A stretch of 64,000 nucleotides of DNA from an uncultured Verrucomicrobiae bacterium (GCA_963718565.1 OY970364.1:1152001-1216000); one strand, 5' to 3'; shown: positions 9,185-19,859, counted from the first letter of the stretch. Numbers and translations are program-made. The notes: generated by a model not told the origin, from the sequence alone.

Positions 9185-10639
9185 ATGTTGCATTTCACCC
9201 CTTTTTCACTTGTCGCTATCACCTGCGCAGCTTTATCGTCTTCTCCACAAGCTTTTGCACAAGCAGAAAACAACGATAATTGTGTCTGTGCCTGTTGTTC
9301 AGCTGAACAGACCTCAAAGGCTTTTACCGCAGTAGCGAAAAAATCGATTCCAGCAGTCGTCTTTATCAAAGTGCAGAGCAATACTCCTGACCAAGATGAG
9401 AGCGGTTATCCTTATGGCTATCAAAATCCTTACGATTTCAACGCGGATGATTTTTTCCATCGTTTCTTTGGCATGCCTTATCGCGGCCAGCCCCAGAGGC
9501 CAGCCCCTCAGCTCAGCCAAGGTTCAGGCTTTTTGGCAAGCGCTGATGGCTACATCATGACGAATGCACACGTCGTTAAAGACGCGGATAAAATTACAGC
9601 TGTGCTCAATGACGGGCGTGAGATCGATGCGACTGTCGTCGGCTCTGATTCCCACACGGACATCGCTATCGTCAAAATCGAAGGGAAAGACTTTCCCTTT
9701 ATCAAACTAGGTGATTCCGATGAAATCGATGTTGGCGAATGGGTCATTGCTATCGGCAGCCCTTTCCAGCTTGAAGCCTCCGTAACGGTTGGCGTTGTCA
9801 GCGCAAAAGGAAGACAAAACTTACGTATCACCGACTATGAAGATTTTATTCAGACGGATGCCGCGATCAATCCGGGCAATTCAGGCGGCCCCTTGCTGAA
9901 CTTGAAAGGAGAAGTGATTGGAATTAATACAGCGATCGCCTCGCGCACCGGCGGGTATATGGGAATCGGCTTTGCGATCCCGAGCAATATGGTAAAGAAT
10001 ATCATGGCCCAAATCATCGACAAGGGGTCCGTAACACGTGGCTTCCTCGGTGTTTCCCTCCAACCTGTGGATAAGGATATCGCCGATGCTTTCAATTTGC
10101 CCAAACCAGAGGGAGCTCTTATTTCCGAGGTCATCAAAGACTCTCCTGCGGATAAGGCTGGCTTAAAACAAGGAGACATCATCCTAGAGTACAATAAAAT
10201 TCCGATCAAAGCCCTGCAAAGCTTCAGAAATGAGATTTCGCTGATGAATCCAGGGACAATGCTCGATTTGAAAATCAACCGCAAAGGCCAGACCCTTACC
10301 ATCCCTGTCACTCTTGGCACAGCGTCCGACAATATGGCAGCATGTGGTAATCTCATCCAAAAACTAGGGATGGAGATCGACACTCTCACTCCCGATCTTG
10401 CAAGACAGCTTGGGTTGACGCAGAAAGAAGAAGGTGTTGTGATTACTAAGATCAAACCAGGCTCTGCTGCGGCAGTAGCCGGCCTGCGTCCCGGCTTCCT
10501 CATTCAAGCCGTCAACCACAAAAAAGTCACGAATGTGAGCGAGTTCAACGACGCGCTCAGCCAACCGGAGAATAAGCGGATCCTTTTACTCGTGCGCCAA
10601 GGAAATATGACCCGATTCTATTCCATTAAGGTGGAATAG
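9185..10639 (+). CDS. htrA: DegP/HtrA serine protease with two PDZ domains
   Basis: Signal peptide, TNAHVV, DIAI, TDAAINPGNSGGPL. Confidence 0.97.
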   Translation: MLHFTPFSLVAITCAALSSSPQAFAQAENNDNCVCACCSAEQTSKAFTAVAKKSIPAVVFIKVQSNTPDQDESGYPYGYQNPYDFNADDFFHRFFGMPYRGQPQRPAPQLSQGSGFLASADGYIMTNAHVVKDADKITAVLNDGREIDATVVGSDSHTDIAIVKIEGKDFPFIKLGDSDEIDVGEWVIAIGSPFQLEASVTVGVVSAKGRQNLRITDYEDFIQTDAAINPGNSGGPLLNLKGEVIGINTAIASRTGGYMGIGFAIPSNMVKNIMAQIIDKGSVTRGFLGVSLQPVDKDIADAFNLPKPEGALISEVIKDSPADKAGLKQGDIILEYNKIPIKALQSFRNEISLMNPGTMLDLKINRKGQTLTIPVTLGTASDNMAACGNLIQKLGMEIDTLTPDLARQLGLTQKEEGVVITKIKPGSAAAVAGLRPGFLIQAVNHKKVTNVSEFNDALSQPENKRILLLVRQGNMTRFYSIKVE

Positions 10640-10640
10640 A

Positions 10641-10961
10641 GAGCCGCTTGCAAAAATGCACGTCGCATAAAATCGCCCTTTTGCCATCTTTTGACTTGGT
10701 GGCGGCTCCTCTACTTTCTCAAGTATGTCTTCGCCGCCGCCAACCGAACCCGCTGTGCGGGTTCTGTCAATAGATGCCAAAATCGTACGTCCTTAAAAAC
10801 TCATGGCAAAAGTTGAAGACCATTTTGATCCATGCCTGATTGAGATCGATAAATGCAAAGCCTGGCATGGATCCAAATGACATTCAGTGCTTGCCATAGG
10901 TTTTTGAGGACGTACCCAAAATCATCGATTTTCTGCTGGCGTGCATTTTTACAAGTGGCTC
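10641..10961. mobile_element. GAG-ended MITE (182 bp) carrying a nested 131-bp MITE
   Basis: TIR GAGCCGCTTGCAAAAATGCACG / CGTGCATTTTTACAAGTGGCTC, flanking TAGA duplication; internal sequence shared with 30912 and 45181 copies. Confidence 0.85.
10785..10915. mobile_element. 131-bp GTACGTCC MITE, copy 1
   Basis: GTACGTCCTTAAAAAC...GTTTTTGAGGACGTAC, 8-bp TSD CCAAAATC. Confidence 0.92.
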
Positions 10962-12400
10962 TAGAAATCAAAGCGCGCTCTTAACGTCAGGCCGTAAAAC
11001 GCAAGGCCGCCTTTTTCACGGACGTAGATTGGAAAATCTTTGTCGGTAAACTGTTCTGTTTGATTCTGGCCCCACCAGTATTGCGATTCGAAACCTGCGC
11101 TGAGTCCAGCATGCCATCGTTCTTTATTGAAATTGCGGTTCCAGGCAAGGCCGGCAACAACTTGAACCGTGGGACTGACGAGATTGAAATCACTATTCAA
11201 ATCAACGACCTTGGCTCCATCGAGTTGATGCTGCTGCTGTTCATTATCAAAATGACCGACAACAAGAGCAGCCGCTACATCGCCGAAGAAGCTAAAGCCA
11301 GCCCCAACCAACCAATTGGATTCCACACCGATCAGCGGCCCAGCTCCTTTAAAATCATTTTTGAAATGCGTGCGGAAAATCTGTCCTGCTGGAATAAATC
11401 CCCCCTCATAACGCATGTGGGCGCTCTGATCGATCCAGGCTCCTTTCAACCCAAAAAACGGCCGAAGTACGAGTGTCTTGGCAAGATAAAATGCTCTACT
11501 GATTTCGATATCGAGATTTTGAAACTCGATTTTCCAATGAGCACGAGCTTCCGCAACGCTAGGGCCTTGCGCACCAGCTCCTTCGAAAAGAAATAGCGGA
11601 TAAAACGACCCATGGACACTTTTGGAGCCATCGGGATTAAATCGAGTGTAATTGACGTACATTTCCCACCGGTCATAGGGCAGGTGCACACCTAACCCGA
11701 CGCGAAACCCGGATTGAAAATCGAATTCGACTTTTTTGGATGTGGCAAACTCCATCCCTTCTTGACGTGTTCTCCAATAGAGCCATTCTCCTGTGAAAAA
11801 GAAGTGCCCTCTAGGCGCTTGAAACCCTCCTCTTGGATAATAGGGAACCTCGGGCTCGCGTTCCTCTCGAACCTGCGGGCGTACTGGCTGGCTTTCTGTA
11901 GACGCATCACTAGAAAGGTCCAGCTGAGCGACGCGAGGAGATCTCAGAGAGTTATTCGTTTTGGTATAATGAGGGCGGTCAGAGGGAAGTTCAGCAGTCC
12001 TCTCATTTTTGACTTCAACAACTTCTTTTTTCTCCACTTTAGGATGCGTTTTGCTTGAAAACCATTGGTTCTTGATTCGAGGACTATTTTTTTTCTCATC
12101 TTCGCTTTTCACTTTTTCAGGAGTTCGACGCGCTCCAGCATATTGAGGTTTAAGCTTTTTAGGGGCCGTGTTTTCCGTATTTTCCGATGCAACTTTCTTC
12201 TGTTCTGATGTTGCAGGAGAACTTTTTGCAGGAAGGGCAATTCGACGGTTGGAGTCGGGAGACTCCGCTTTTTTATCTGTCGACACCACACTATCTTCTA
12301 TAAGCACCTCTTCGAACTCCTGATCCATCGCATCCGCAGAAAGAATACGATGAAAAGTAAGAGAAAATGCAGTCAATGAATAGAAAAACCTAAACGACAT
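10961..12400 (-). CDS. Lpg1974/MOMP-like outer membrane beta-barrel protein
   Basis: Signal peptide, GEWLYWR, FDFQSGFRVGLG, F.GAGP..G, GFESQYWW.QNQ, GLTLRARFDF terminus. Confidence 0.85.
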   Translation of the reverse strand: MSFRFFYSLTAFSLTFHRILSADAMDQEFEEVLIEDSVVSTDKKAESPDSNRRIALPAKSSPATSEQKKVASENTENTAPKKLKPQYAGARRTPEKVKSEDEKKNSPRIKNQWFSSKTHPKVEKKEVVEVKNERTAELPSDRPHYTKTNNSLRSPRVAQLDLSSDASTESQPVRPQVREEREPEVPYYPRGGFQAPRGHFFFTGEWLYWRTRQEGMEFATSKKVEFDFQSGFRVGLGVHLPYDRWEMYVNYTRFNPDGSKSVHGSFYPLFLFEGAGAQGPSVAEARAHWKIEFQNLDIEISRAFYLAKTLVLRPFFGLKGAWIDQSAHMRYEGGFIPAGQIFRTHFKNDFKGAGPLIGVESNWLVGAGFSFFGDVAAALVVGHFDNEQQQHQLDGAKVVDLNSDFNLVSPTVQVVAGLAWNRNFNKERWHAGLSAGFESQYWWGQNQTEQFTDKDFPIYVREKGGLAFYGLTLRARFDF

Positions 12401-12507
12401 CGGATCCCTCCAAAAAACGGACAAAGCGATGGAATAAAAGATGGATTTATAGCTCTAAGAATCTTTAAAGAAAAGAGGAAAGGGATTTATTTAGTGCCTT
12501 GTTAGGT

Positions 12508-12638
12508 GTACGTCCTTAAAAACTCATGGCAAAAGTTGAAGACCATTTGGATCCATGCCTGATTGAGATCGATAAATGCAAAGCCTGGCATGGATCCAAA
12601 TGACATTCAGTGCTTGCCACAGGTTTTTGAGGACGTAC
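12508..12638. mobile_element. 131-bp GTACGTCC MITE, copy 2
   Basis: Near-identical to 10785-10915; 11-bp flanking duplication CCTTGTTAGGT. Confidence 0.92.
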
Positions 12639-12848
12639 CCTTGTTAGGTACGTCTAAGTCTCCTTTTGATGGACCAACTTCGCAAAACTAATACATAACC
12701 TTTAATTTTAAAATTTAATTTATATATTAAATAAAATTAATAAATTACATTAATTGGTTTTAAAAAAATCACAAAATAAATTGAAGTTTTTATAAGATTT
12801 TAGTAAAATATATAGTGTTAATAAAAACAATAAATATGCGAGACAATT

Positions 12849-13823
12849 ATGTCAATAATACCAAACAATGCAAGTATAATAAATCAAAACTGTTATTATT
12901 ACTCCAATGGTTCTTACGAACGGAAGAATGCTACTTTTCTCGAGGAAAACTCGACTGTTGCTAAGACTGCAAATTTCCCTCGAAGTATTCATGGTCCAAT
13001 TCCAAGAGAAGAATTGAGGAAACTTGTTGAACATATCGATTTAGATTCCCCGGATTGGGAAAAAGAGATAAAAGAAGCTCTCGCAAATCAACAATTCGTA
13101 GTGGATGGAATCAATTCTGAATCTGAACAACAGCCGAATCAAATAGGAATGACCAAACAATCCTATATCCAAAGTTATTGCAATTGGACAACTGCGAGCA
13201 CTACTGCAATGCTTTTAACGACATTTTTTACCCCTGCAATCATTAAAAAATACTTACCTGGAGTGAGTGAAGCTTTACGATTACCCTCTTACCAAGAAAA
13301 CCAAAATATCGTTTCCTATTCTGGAATGGTATGGAAAAATAGCATAAATCACCTGAGCACTCAACTAACAGAAGCAGTTCCAGCCTACATTTCAGCCCCC
13401 GCTTTATCCTATATCGGCTATAAAGGCCTTGAAGCGCTAATCACCAGTGTTGTTCAGTATCCAGCCACTGATTATAGAACCTGGACCGCTCTCAATCTGC
13501 AGAAATATTTAGAGCAAGTTTATCCTAAATTAATCCCTGAGCAATATCAAAAGGATTCGGTCTTTTGTAAAATTACCAGTCCGGATGGTCGTCCCATTCG
13601 TTCTCCTTTTTACATCGATAAGCCTGAAGAAATGGGCAGGCTATATGAAGAACATGTTTTAAAGAACATATTAAATAATCAACAAAAATTAAACGGCAAG
13701 CTCGTTTGCCCTGCCGATGGAAAAACAGAAATCGAACTAGGAAATATGAAGAGAGACAATGCGCTTTCGGATAGAATTGAGCTTCGCTTACTTCTTCTCG
13801 ATACTCATCGATTTAAAGAATAA
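12849..13823 (+). CDS. Hypothetical protein with degenerate U-box-like C-terminus
   Basis: AT-rich ORF; DSVFCKIT...PIRSP...GRLYE...CP..G...L...D.AL..RIE. Confidence 0.55.
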   Translation: MSIIPNNASIINQNCYYYSNGSYERKNATFLEENSTVAKTANFPRSIHGPIPREELRKLVEHIDLDSPDWEKEIKEALANQQFVVDGINSESEQQPNQIGMTKQSYIQSYCNWTTASTTAMLLTTFFTPAIIKKYLPGVSEALRLPSYQENQNIVSYSGMVWKNSINHLSTQLTEAVPAYISAPALSYIGYKGLEALITSVVQYPATDYRTWTALNLQKYLEQVYPKLIPEQYQKDSVFCKITSPDGRPIRSPFYIDKPEEMGRLYEEHVLKNILNNQQKLNGKLVCPADGKTEIELGNMKRDNALSDRIELRLLLLDTHRFKE

Positions 13824-13824
13824 C

Positions 13825-13844
13825 GAGGGAATTGCAATTCCCTT
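13825..13844. repeat. 20-bp palindromic micro-element
   Basis: GAGGGAATTGCAATTCCCTT flanked by TAAC/TAAC. Confidence 0.85.
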
Positions 13845-13873
13845 TAACTGTATCAGAGCGCACTCTTATGCTC

Positions 13874-15022
13874 CTAAGAACTCTCCAGCAGAGCTCGAAA
13901 AGAGGGATCGTCGCGAAATGGATCAAAGATTTGGTTGGAAAGAACATCTTTCCTATTAGAAAGCCCTTCATTGATGGCTGTTTGCAGCCACCCCACGGTA
14001 GGAACGACTTGCTTTAGGTGGGCATGGGCATAAGCATTGCGCAGGGCAGTTTCTGCTGTCGGCCAATTTTGAAAGCAGGTTCCCGCAAGTTCGACAACGA
14101 GAAGAAAATCCTTTTGCTCAAAGGCAGATTTATGAAGTAAGCAGAGCGAATCTCCGCTGAGCTCTTCGCGTATGGACTTCAGCAATTCGTAGGATTCTTT
14201 CGAATCGCCTTTTTCATATTTTAAAAAAGCCATGTATTGAGTCGCAAGCTCGTAAATCATTCCCTTTTTTGCTTTGGCCCGGATGTCCTGACAAAGACGC
14301 AGGGCCTCTTCCTTATTACCCGTTTGAATGAGCTCTTCGATTTTTTCTAACTGCTCGCGCAAAGAATCATCACGATCATTTTCAGAGAGGTGCCGGGTAC
14401 GCCTGAATGTATCGTAGCTCTGAAATGCCAACAGAAAAAAAAGCGCACCGATCAAAAAAGCTTGAGTGAGGAAGAAAAAGAGGCTGATCGCAACAGCGAC
14501 GATCATACTAGTAAGAATCGCATATTTAAAGCCCTTGAGACCAAAAATTCCTTCCAAGATGACCCTTAACAATTGCCCTCCATCCAGAGGCAGCACTGGA
14601 AGAAGATTGACTACCGTCCAAAACAGATTGACAACACGAGTCAAAGAAAGGATCGATCCTGTCATCCCCTGAGAAAGCGCCGGAACTTGCAACAAAATCG
14701 TCGCTAGGATCGCGAGGAGAAACCCGAAAATCGGACCATTGAGAACGATAAAAAACTGCTTCCAAAAAGAAAGCGTTTTTCCATTGTGGCCACTGTGATA
14801 AGTGAGACCGCCTAAAGCGACAAGTTCGATGCGGGGATTCTGACCAAACATCAACGCTGTCAAAGCATGGCCAAATTCATGGAATAGAACCGACACAAAA
14901 ATGATCGCTACCCAAATCAACGTCCCTATGAAACTCATGCTGTTGATATAGCCGATTAATGCAGCAAAGATCCAAAACGTCGGATAGATGCTGATCGGGA
15001 TACGTCCAGAAAAATGAAGCAT
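13874..15022 (-). CDS. Site-2 protease (M50) family protein with TPR-like C-terminus
   Basis: HEFGH and NLLPVLPLDGG motifs; several TM segments. Confidence 0.92.
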   Translation of the reverse strand: MLHFSGRIPISIYPTFWIFAALIGYINSMSFIGTLIWVAIIFVSVLFHEFGHALTALMFGQNPRIELVALGGLTYHSGHNGKTLSFWKQFFIVLNGPIFGFLLAILATILLQVPALSQGMTGSILSLTRVVNLFWTVVNLLPVLPLDGGQLLRVILEGIFGLKGFKYAILTSMIVAVAISLFFFLTQAFLIGALFFLLAFQSYDTFRRTRHLSENDRDDSLREQLEKIEELIQTGNKEEALRLCQDIRAKAKKGMIYELATQYMAFLKYEKGDSKESYELLKSIREELSGDSLCLLHKSAFEQKDFLLVVELAGTCFQNWPTAETALRNAYAHAHLKQVVPTVGWLQTAINEGLSNRKDVLSNQIFDPFRDDPSFRALLESS

Positions 15023-15024
15023 GA

Positions 15025-15906
15025 TTAAGGTCTTCTTTTCATTGCTTTCAACATCGCTTCGCCCATCAGTGCAGGGGATTCCGTCACGGTAACGCCCGCC
15101 GCTTTAAGGGCGGCCATTTTACTTTTTGCATCTCCTTTTCCTCCAGAGATAATTGCGCCTGCATGCCCCATTCTTTTTCCTGCTGGAGCGGTCACTCCAG
15201 CGATAAATCCAACCACGGGTTTAGTGCAGTTGCCTTTGATCCATTCTGCCGCCTGCTCCTCCGCAATCCCCCCGATTTCTCCGATCATTAAAATTCCTTT
15301 GGTATCGGGATCCATTTCAAAGAGCTTCAGAACGTCAATAAAATGGGTTCCATTGAGCGGATCTCCGCCAATTCCTACACAGGAAGATTGCCCAAGCCCT
15401 AAAATCGTCGTTTGCCAGACAGCTTCATAAGTCAATGTCCCTGAACGAGATACGATTCCGATTTGCCCTCGTTTGTGAATGTAGCCTGGCATGATCCCGA
15501 TTTTGCATTCGTCGGGCGTAATGACTCCTGGGCAATTCGGCCCAATCAGCCGACTGCACTTACTGTCGCGCATCGTTTGACTGACCTCTAGCATATCGCG
15601 CACAGGAATCCCTTCTGTGATGCAAACGATTAAAGGAATGCCTGCATCTTCAGCCTCGATAATGGCATCCGCAGCATAGGGCGGCGGCACAAAAATCATC
15701 GTCGCGTCGCATAGCGTTGCTTTTCTCGCTTCTTCTACCGTGTCAAATACGGGCAGCCCTAAGACTTCTTGTCCCCCTTTTCCAGGTGTGACTCCACCCA
15801 CGAAATGCGTGCCATATAACATACATTGTTCTGTATGAAATTTCCCGGCCTGTCCAGTAATTCCCTGGGTAATCACTTTTGTCTTTTTGTGAACCAAGAT
15901 TGCCAT
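15025..15906 (-). CDS. sucD: Succinyl-CoA synthetase alpha subunit
   Basis: [28 protein letters not shown]. Confidence 0.98.
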   Translation of the reverse strand: MAILVHKKTKVITQGITGQAGKFHTEQCMLYGTHFVGGVTPGKGGQEVLGLPVFDTVEEARKATLCDATMIFVPPPYAADAIIEAEDAGIPLIVCITEGIPVRDMLEVSQTMRDSKCSRLIGPNCPGVITPDECKIGIMPGYIHKRGQIGIVSRSGTLTYEAVWQTTILGLGQSSCVGIGGDPLNGTHFIDVLKLFEMDPDTKGILMIGEIGGIAEEQAAEWIKGNCTKPVVGFIAGVTAPAGKRMGHAGAIISGGKGDAKSKMAALKAAGVTVTESPALMGEAMLKAMKRRP

Positions 15907-15914
15907 CGCTTAAC

Positions 15915-17075
15915 CTATTTTAATTGCGCATACACTTTTTCTGCAGCTTCAGCGAGCCCATCGGCAGTGATGATCGGCAGTTTTGATTTCTCGAGCAACT
16001 TTTTACCTTGTTCTACATTTGTTCCTTCCATTCTCACAACAAGAGGAACTTTAATTCCCATGTCGGTGACTGCATCGATAATGCCTTCCGCAAGTGTGGC
16101 ACAATTCATAATGCCGCCAAAAATATTGACTAGAATGGCTTTAACTTTGGGATCGCTTAAAATAATTTTAAAGCCGGCAGCGACCTTTTCTTTGGAAGCT
16201 CCCCCGCCGACATCGAGAAAATTCGCGGGTATCCCCCCATAATATTTGATGATGTCCATCGTCGCCATCGCAAGCCCGGCGCCATTGACCATACACCCGA
16301 TATTCCCATCTAGAGCGATGTAAGCTAATTCGTGTTCTCTGGCTGCCACTTCGTTCTCAGTGTGCTGGGTATGATCGTAAAAAGAAGTGATCTCAGGCTG
16401 TCGAAAAAGTGCGTTATCATCAATCGACAACTTAGCATCCAATGCCCATAATTTTCCCTCTTTTGACTCGACAAGAGGGTTGATTTCCAAAAGCGATGCA
16501 TCTGTATCGATGAACGCTCTGGCCACCCCTTTTGCGATGTGAGCGCCCATTTTGGCCATTTCTTCCTTCCATCCCATAAATTTACATAGCTTGACTAACC
16601 GAAATCCCCTAACAACCCCATTGAGCTCAATAGGTAATTTCAAGATTTTATCGGGATGTTTGGCGGCAACTTCTTCAATTTCCATTCCTCCTTCAGGGGA
16701 AGCGATTAGGATGGGCACAGCATTCTCGCGGTCGATGACGGCGCCGAGGTAGTATTCTTTTTTTATGTCCAGCGGCTTAGAAATGAGAACTTTGTGGGCA
16801 ACCACCCCTAAAGGACCCGTTTGATTATTGACCATCTTCATGCCGATCAAACTCTCGGCAACTTTAGCAATTTCGTCGGGAGTCTTGGCAAATTTAACAC
16901 CGCCCGCTTTTCCGCGCCCGCCCGCATGGACTTGAATTTTGATGACGGCCTCATGAAGACCTAAGTGCCTAATGATCGTGTCCACATCGTGGCTTTTTGT
17001 CGCGACACCAAATGCAGGAATGGGGATGTTGTACCGTTTTAAAATTTCTTTAGCCTGGTATTCGTGAGTATTCAT
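15915..17075 (-). CDS. sucC: Succinyl-CoA synthetase beta subunit
   Basis: HEYQAK, GGRGKAGGV, NGAGLAMATMD, NIFGGI. Confidence 0.98.
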   Translation of the reverse strand: MNTHEYQAKEILKRYNIPIPAFGVATKSHDVDTIIRHLGLHEAVIKIQVHAGGRGKAGGVKFAKTPDEIAKVAESLIGMKMVNNQTGPLGVVAHKVLISKPLDIKKEYYLGAVIDRENAVPILIASPEGGMEIEEVAAKHPDKILKLPIELNGVVRGFRLVKLCKFMGWKEEMAKMGAHIAKGVARAFIDTDASLLEINPLVESKEGKLWALDAKLSIDDNALFRQPEITSFYDHTQHTENEVAAREHELAYIALDGNIGCMVNGAGLAMATMDIIKYYGGIPANFLDVGGGASKEKVAAGFKIILSDPKVKAILVNIFGGIMNCATLAEGIIDAVTDMGIKVPLVVRMEGTNVEQGKKLLEKSKLPIITADGLAEAAEKVYAQLK

Positions 17076-17139
17076 CACCTTCCTCTTATACCTTAATTTC
17101 CTTATCTGCTAGACTCGCCTTTTCCATCAATTCATTTTA

Positions 17140-17349
17140 TACCGAAACAACATGAAGAATCGGTTTTGGCTGCGCTGGACATCCCAGATTTTGAACCCGC
17201 CTGCATCGCGCAACTTGTTCAAGGCGCCTGCTTCCCTTACAAAAGAGCAATCGTGCTCTTTTGGAAGTGTCCGCAGCACCGCCGCTTCGCTGGTTCAAAC
17301 TCTAGGCGCCAGCTTTGCCAAAATCCCGATTCTTCATGTTGTTTCGGTA
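17140..17349. mobile_element. MITE, TACC(C/G)AAACAAC family
   Basis: Perfect TIR TACCGAAACAACATGAAGAATCGG, TA flanks. Confidence 0.9.
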
Positions 17350-17380
17350 TATTTCACTTTTGATAGGGAAATGGGCTCCC

Positions 17381-18316
17381 ATGTTTAATTTTCTTAAAAG
17401 CGGCTATGAAAAGATCAAAAATGCCCTCAGCAAAACGCGCTCCGCTCTTACTCAACGGATCCAAGCACTCTTCGGAAAACCCTGGAGTGAAGATACCTTT
17501 GATGAGCTGGAACAAATTCTGTTTGAAGCCGATCTCGGCACAAAATGCGCGGCATCTTTTGTCGAACATTTACGCTCACAGCTTCGCACAAAGCCGACCA
17601 ATGAGATTGGAGAGATCGTGAAAATTTTTCACGATTATACCTTGTCGATCTTAAATCAAACAAGCCACAAGGCACTCAAGCAACAGGATGCGGACAAGCC
17701 CTATGTTTATCTCATTGTGGGCGTCAACGGGAGCGGAAAAACGACCTCGATTGCTAAATTGGCAAAGCGGATGCAAAAAGAAGGAAAAACAGTCCTTCTG
17801 GCCGCTGGAGACACGTTTCGCGCTGCCGCAATCGAACAACTTTCCACTTGGGCTGGTCGTCTAGGCATCGAAATTGTGAAATCCAAGCCGGGGTCAGATC
17901 CTTCTGCTATTGCCTTTGATGCCCTGACAGCAGCAAAAGCTCGCGGTGCGGACGTGGTTTTCATCGACACTGCGGGACGATTGCAAAACAAGACGGATCT
18001 CATGAAAGAGCTCGAAAAGATCCGTCGAGTCTGCGGGAAGGTCGTTCCTACAGCTCCTCACGAGACCTTGCTCGTCCTGGACGCCACCACGGGCCAAAAT
18101 GCGATTGACCAAGCCCGGGTCTTTGACCAGGTCACCCCTCTCAATGGAATTATCTTAGCTAAACTCGACGGCTCGGCCAAAGGGGGAATCATTCTTTCCA
18201 TTTACCAAGAATTTGGGATCCCCGTTTTATGGGTAGGTGTAGGAGAAAAGATTGAAGATCTCGAACCTTTTGATCCTGCAGCCTACGCCGATTCTCTCTT
18301 TTCTTTGGATCAATAA
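17381..18316 (+). CDS. ftsY: SRP receptor FtsY
   Basis: GVNGSGKTT, DTFRAAA, DTAGR, KLDGSAKGG. Confidence 0.97.
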   Translation: MFNFLKSGYEKIKNALSKTRSALTQRIQALFGKPWSEDTFDELEQILFEADLGTKCAASFVEHLRSQLRTKPTNEIGEIVKIFHDYTLSILNQTSHKALKQQDADKPYVYLIVGVNGSGKTTSIAKLAKRMQKEGKTVLLAAGDTFRAAAIEQLSTWAGRLGIEIVKSKPGSDPSAIAFDALTAAKARGADVVFIDTAGRLQNKTDLMKELEKIRRVCGKVVPTAPHETLLVLDATTGQNAIDQARVFDQVTPLNGIILAKLDGSAKGGIILSIYQEFGIPVLWVGVGEKIEDLEPFDPAAYADSLFSLDQ

Positions 18317-18321
18317 CTCCG

Positions 18322-19020
18322 CTACCTAATTTCGAAACAGCAAGCTCCGACGATCTTCAGTGCTGGAGCCCCCCATTGAAAAGGGAAAACGATCTGTTCT
18401 TTTTTTCTCTTTAAAATGAGCTTTGCTTCCCCTCCATGAAGATCAACAGGAAGATCGATGATCGCTGTCAATTCCCCATACTCGTTGACTTGTTCTGTCT
18501 TAAGTAGAACCTGATTCTCTTGAGCTGCAAGAAACAGCTCTATTTCCTCATAGGCTTCTAGCTCTTCAACAGACAAGAGGAATTTCTCCCCTTTTTCGCC
18601 ACGCAGCTCCAAATTGAGTGTCACGCCATTTTTGGATCTTATTTCCAGAGGAAATGGGACGAGTTGAGTGCAATAGGCATCCTCCTCTGACCTCATCCAA
18701 AAGGTGAGCCTTTCCCCTCTTTTTGCTGGGCAAATCGCATAGATCTCATCTTTATAATCCTCGTCAGGACGGACAAGAACCAGATGCCCTTTCTTGTTAG
18801 AGAGATAATTAAATGTTTCTGTGTGGGTGCCATCAAAACTTTCAACAACGAGGCGATACTTTTTATTGGGAGGGAAATGCTCGGCGCGCAAGTGATAGCG
18901 ATGAAACTTCATCCCTTCCCATGTTCTCTCCCCCCAGTTCTTTTCACAATGCAATTCAGGTCCTGCGGCCCAGATTCCCTGCATCAACATCAAAGTGAAC
19001 AAAAAAAACTGCGTCCTCAT
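18322..19020 (-). CDS. Hypothetical exported protein
   Basis: 232-aa ORF with signal-peptide-like N-terminus and AGGAGAGG RBS. Confidence 0.75.
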   Translation of the reverse strand: MRTQFFLFTLMLMQGIWAAGPELHCEKNWGERTWEGMKFHRYHLRAEHFPPNKKYRLVVESFDGTHTETFNYLSNKKGHLVLVRPDEDYKDEIYAICPAKRGERLTFWMRSEEDAYCTQLVPFPLEIRSKNGVTLNLELRGEKGEKFLLSVEELEAYEEIELFLAAQENQVLLKTEQVNEYGELTAIIDLPVDLHGGEAKLILKRKKEQIVFPFQWGAPALKIVGACCFEIR

Positions 19021-19077
19021 GTCCTCTCCTTCTTTCTTCGCACCTTAGCAATCGCTACAATTGACGTCAAAGAAGCA

Positions 19078-19167
19078 TACCGCGCTCCGTCAGGTTTTGT
19101 AAATTTGGACTGGCTGCGGCTTTGCCTCGCTCTAGTCCAAATTCACAAAACCTTCCTGCGCGCGGTA
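19078..19167. mobile_element. TACCGCGC-ended palindromic element
   Basis: TACCGCGC...GCGCGGTA with internal stem GGTTTTGT(A/G)AATTTGGACT; fragments at 52529-52565 and 61099-61118. Confidence 0.75.
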
Positions 19168-19238
19168 CAGCAAAAAACGAGTTGTCATTCTTTTTTTAAT
19201 TTGACATATTGAACGCAAACGGGTCGTCATCCTAAAGT

Positions 19239-19859
19239 ATGAGAAAACCAATGTTGTTGAAAAAACGCATCTCCCTTTTTTCTCCTCGAGCGATCAGTGA
19301 AAGACACCACCGCAGCTTGCTCATCCAATTTATTCTATTTGAACTCTTCGAAGCTCATAAAGCCTTTTGTCGGAACGAAAATTGGGAAATCATCCTTTCC
19401 CTTCACCCGCGCCATTTTCCTTATGATTGGTCATCTGTTACCGGTTATCTCAACAAAGCCCAGGAGCACAGCATCCTGCTTAAAGATAGCTTTCCCGATC
19501 ACTCCAAATCCGTTAAACATTTCGATGCCCAACTGACAAAAACTTTAACATCTCTGTTCAAGAAAAAGAAAATCTCTTACGAACTGTTTGTTAAGTCACT
19601 GCAGATGATCTACCTTGCTTTTGAGCCACTCATCGCCACCTGTAGAGAAAATGAAAATCTCCTCCACTTTCTACTCAAAAATCACGACACGATCGACTCA
19701 ATCCTGCACAAAGGATATCTCCACGCATACCTCCTTAAAATCCACTCTTGCGACTTGGAAATCCTGGGAGAAAAAATGTGCGACCGGTATCATCAACGCG
19801 GTTTTTTTTCGCAGATCTCTGAATTTAAAATTTTGCTAACTGAACTTGCCCATGCCTGA
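19239..19859 (+). CDS. Hypothetical protein
   Basis: 206-aa ORF overlapping the next gene in an operon with priA. Confidence 0.75.
   Translation: MRKPMLLKKRISLFSPRAISERHHRSLLIQFILFELFEAHKAFCRNENWEIILSLHPRHFPYDWSSVTGYLNKAQEHSILLKDSFPDHSKSVKHFDAQLTKTLTSLFKKKKISYELFVKSLQMIYLAFEPLIATCRENENLLHFLLKNHDTIDSILHKGYLHAYLLKIHSCDLEILGEKMCDRYHQRGFFSQISEFKILLTELAHA

Noticed and set aside
9850..10503. Long antisense ORFs (e.g. opposite htrA, priA, lysS, IS3 orfB)
   Set aside because: Shadow frames of well-supported genes, with no motifs
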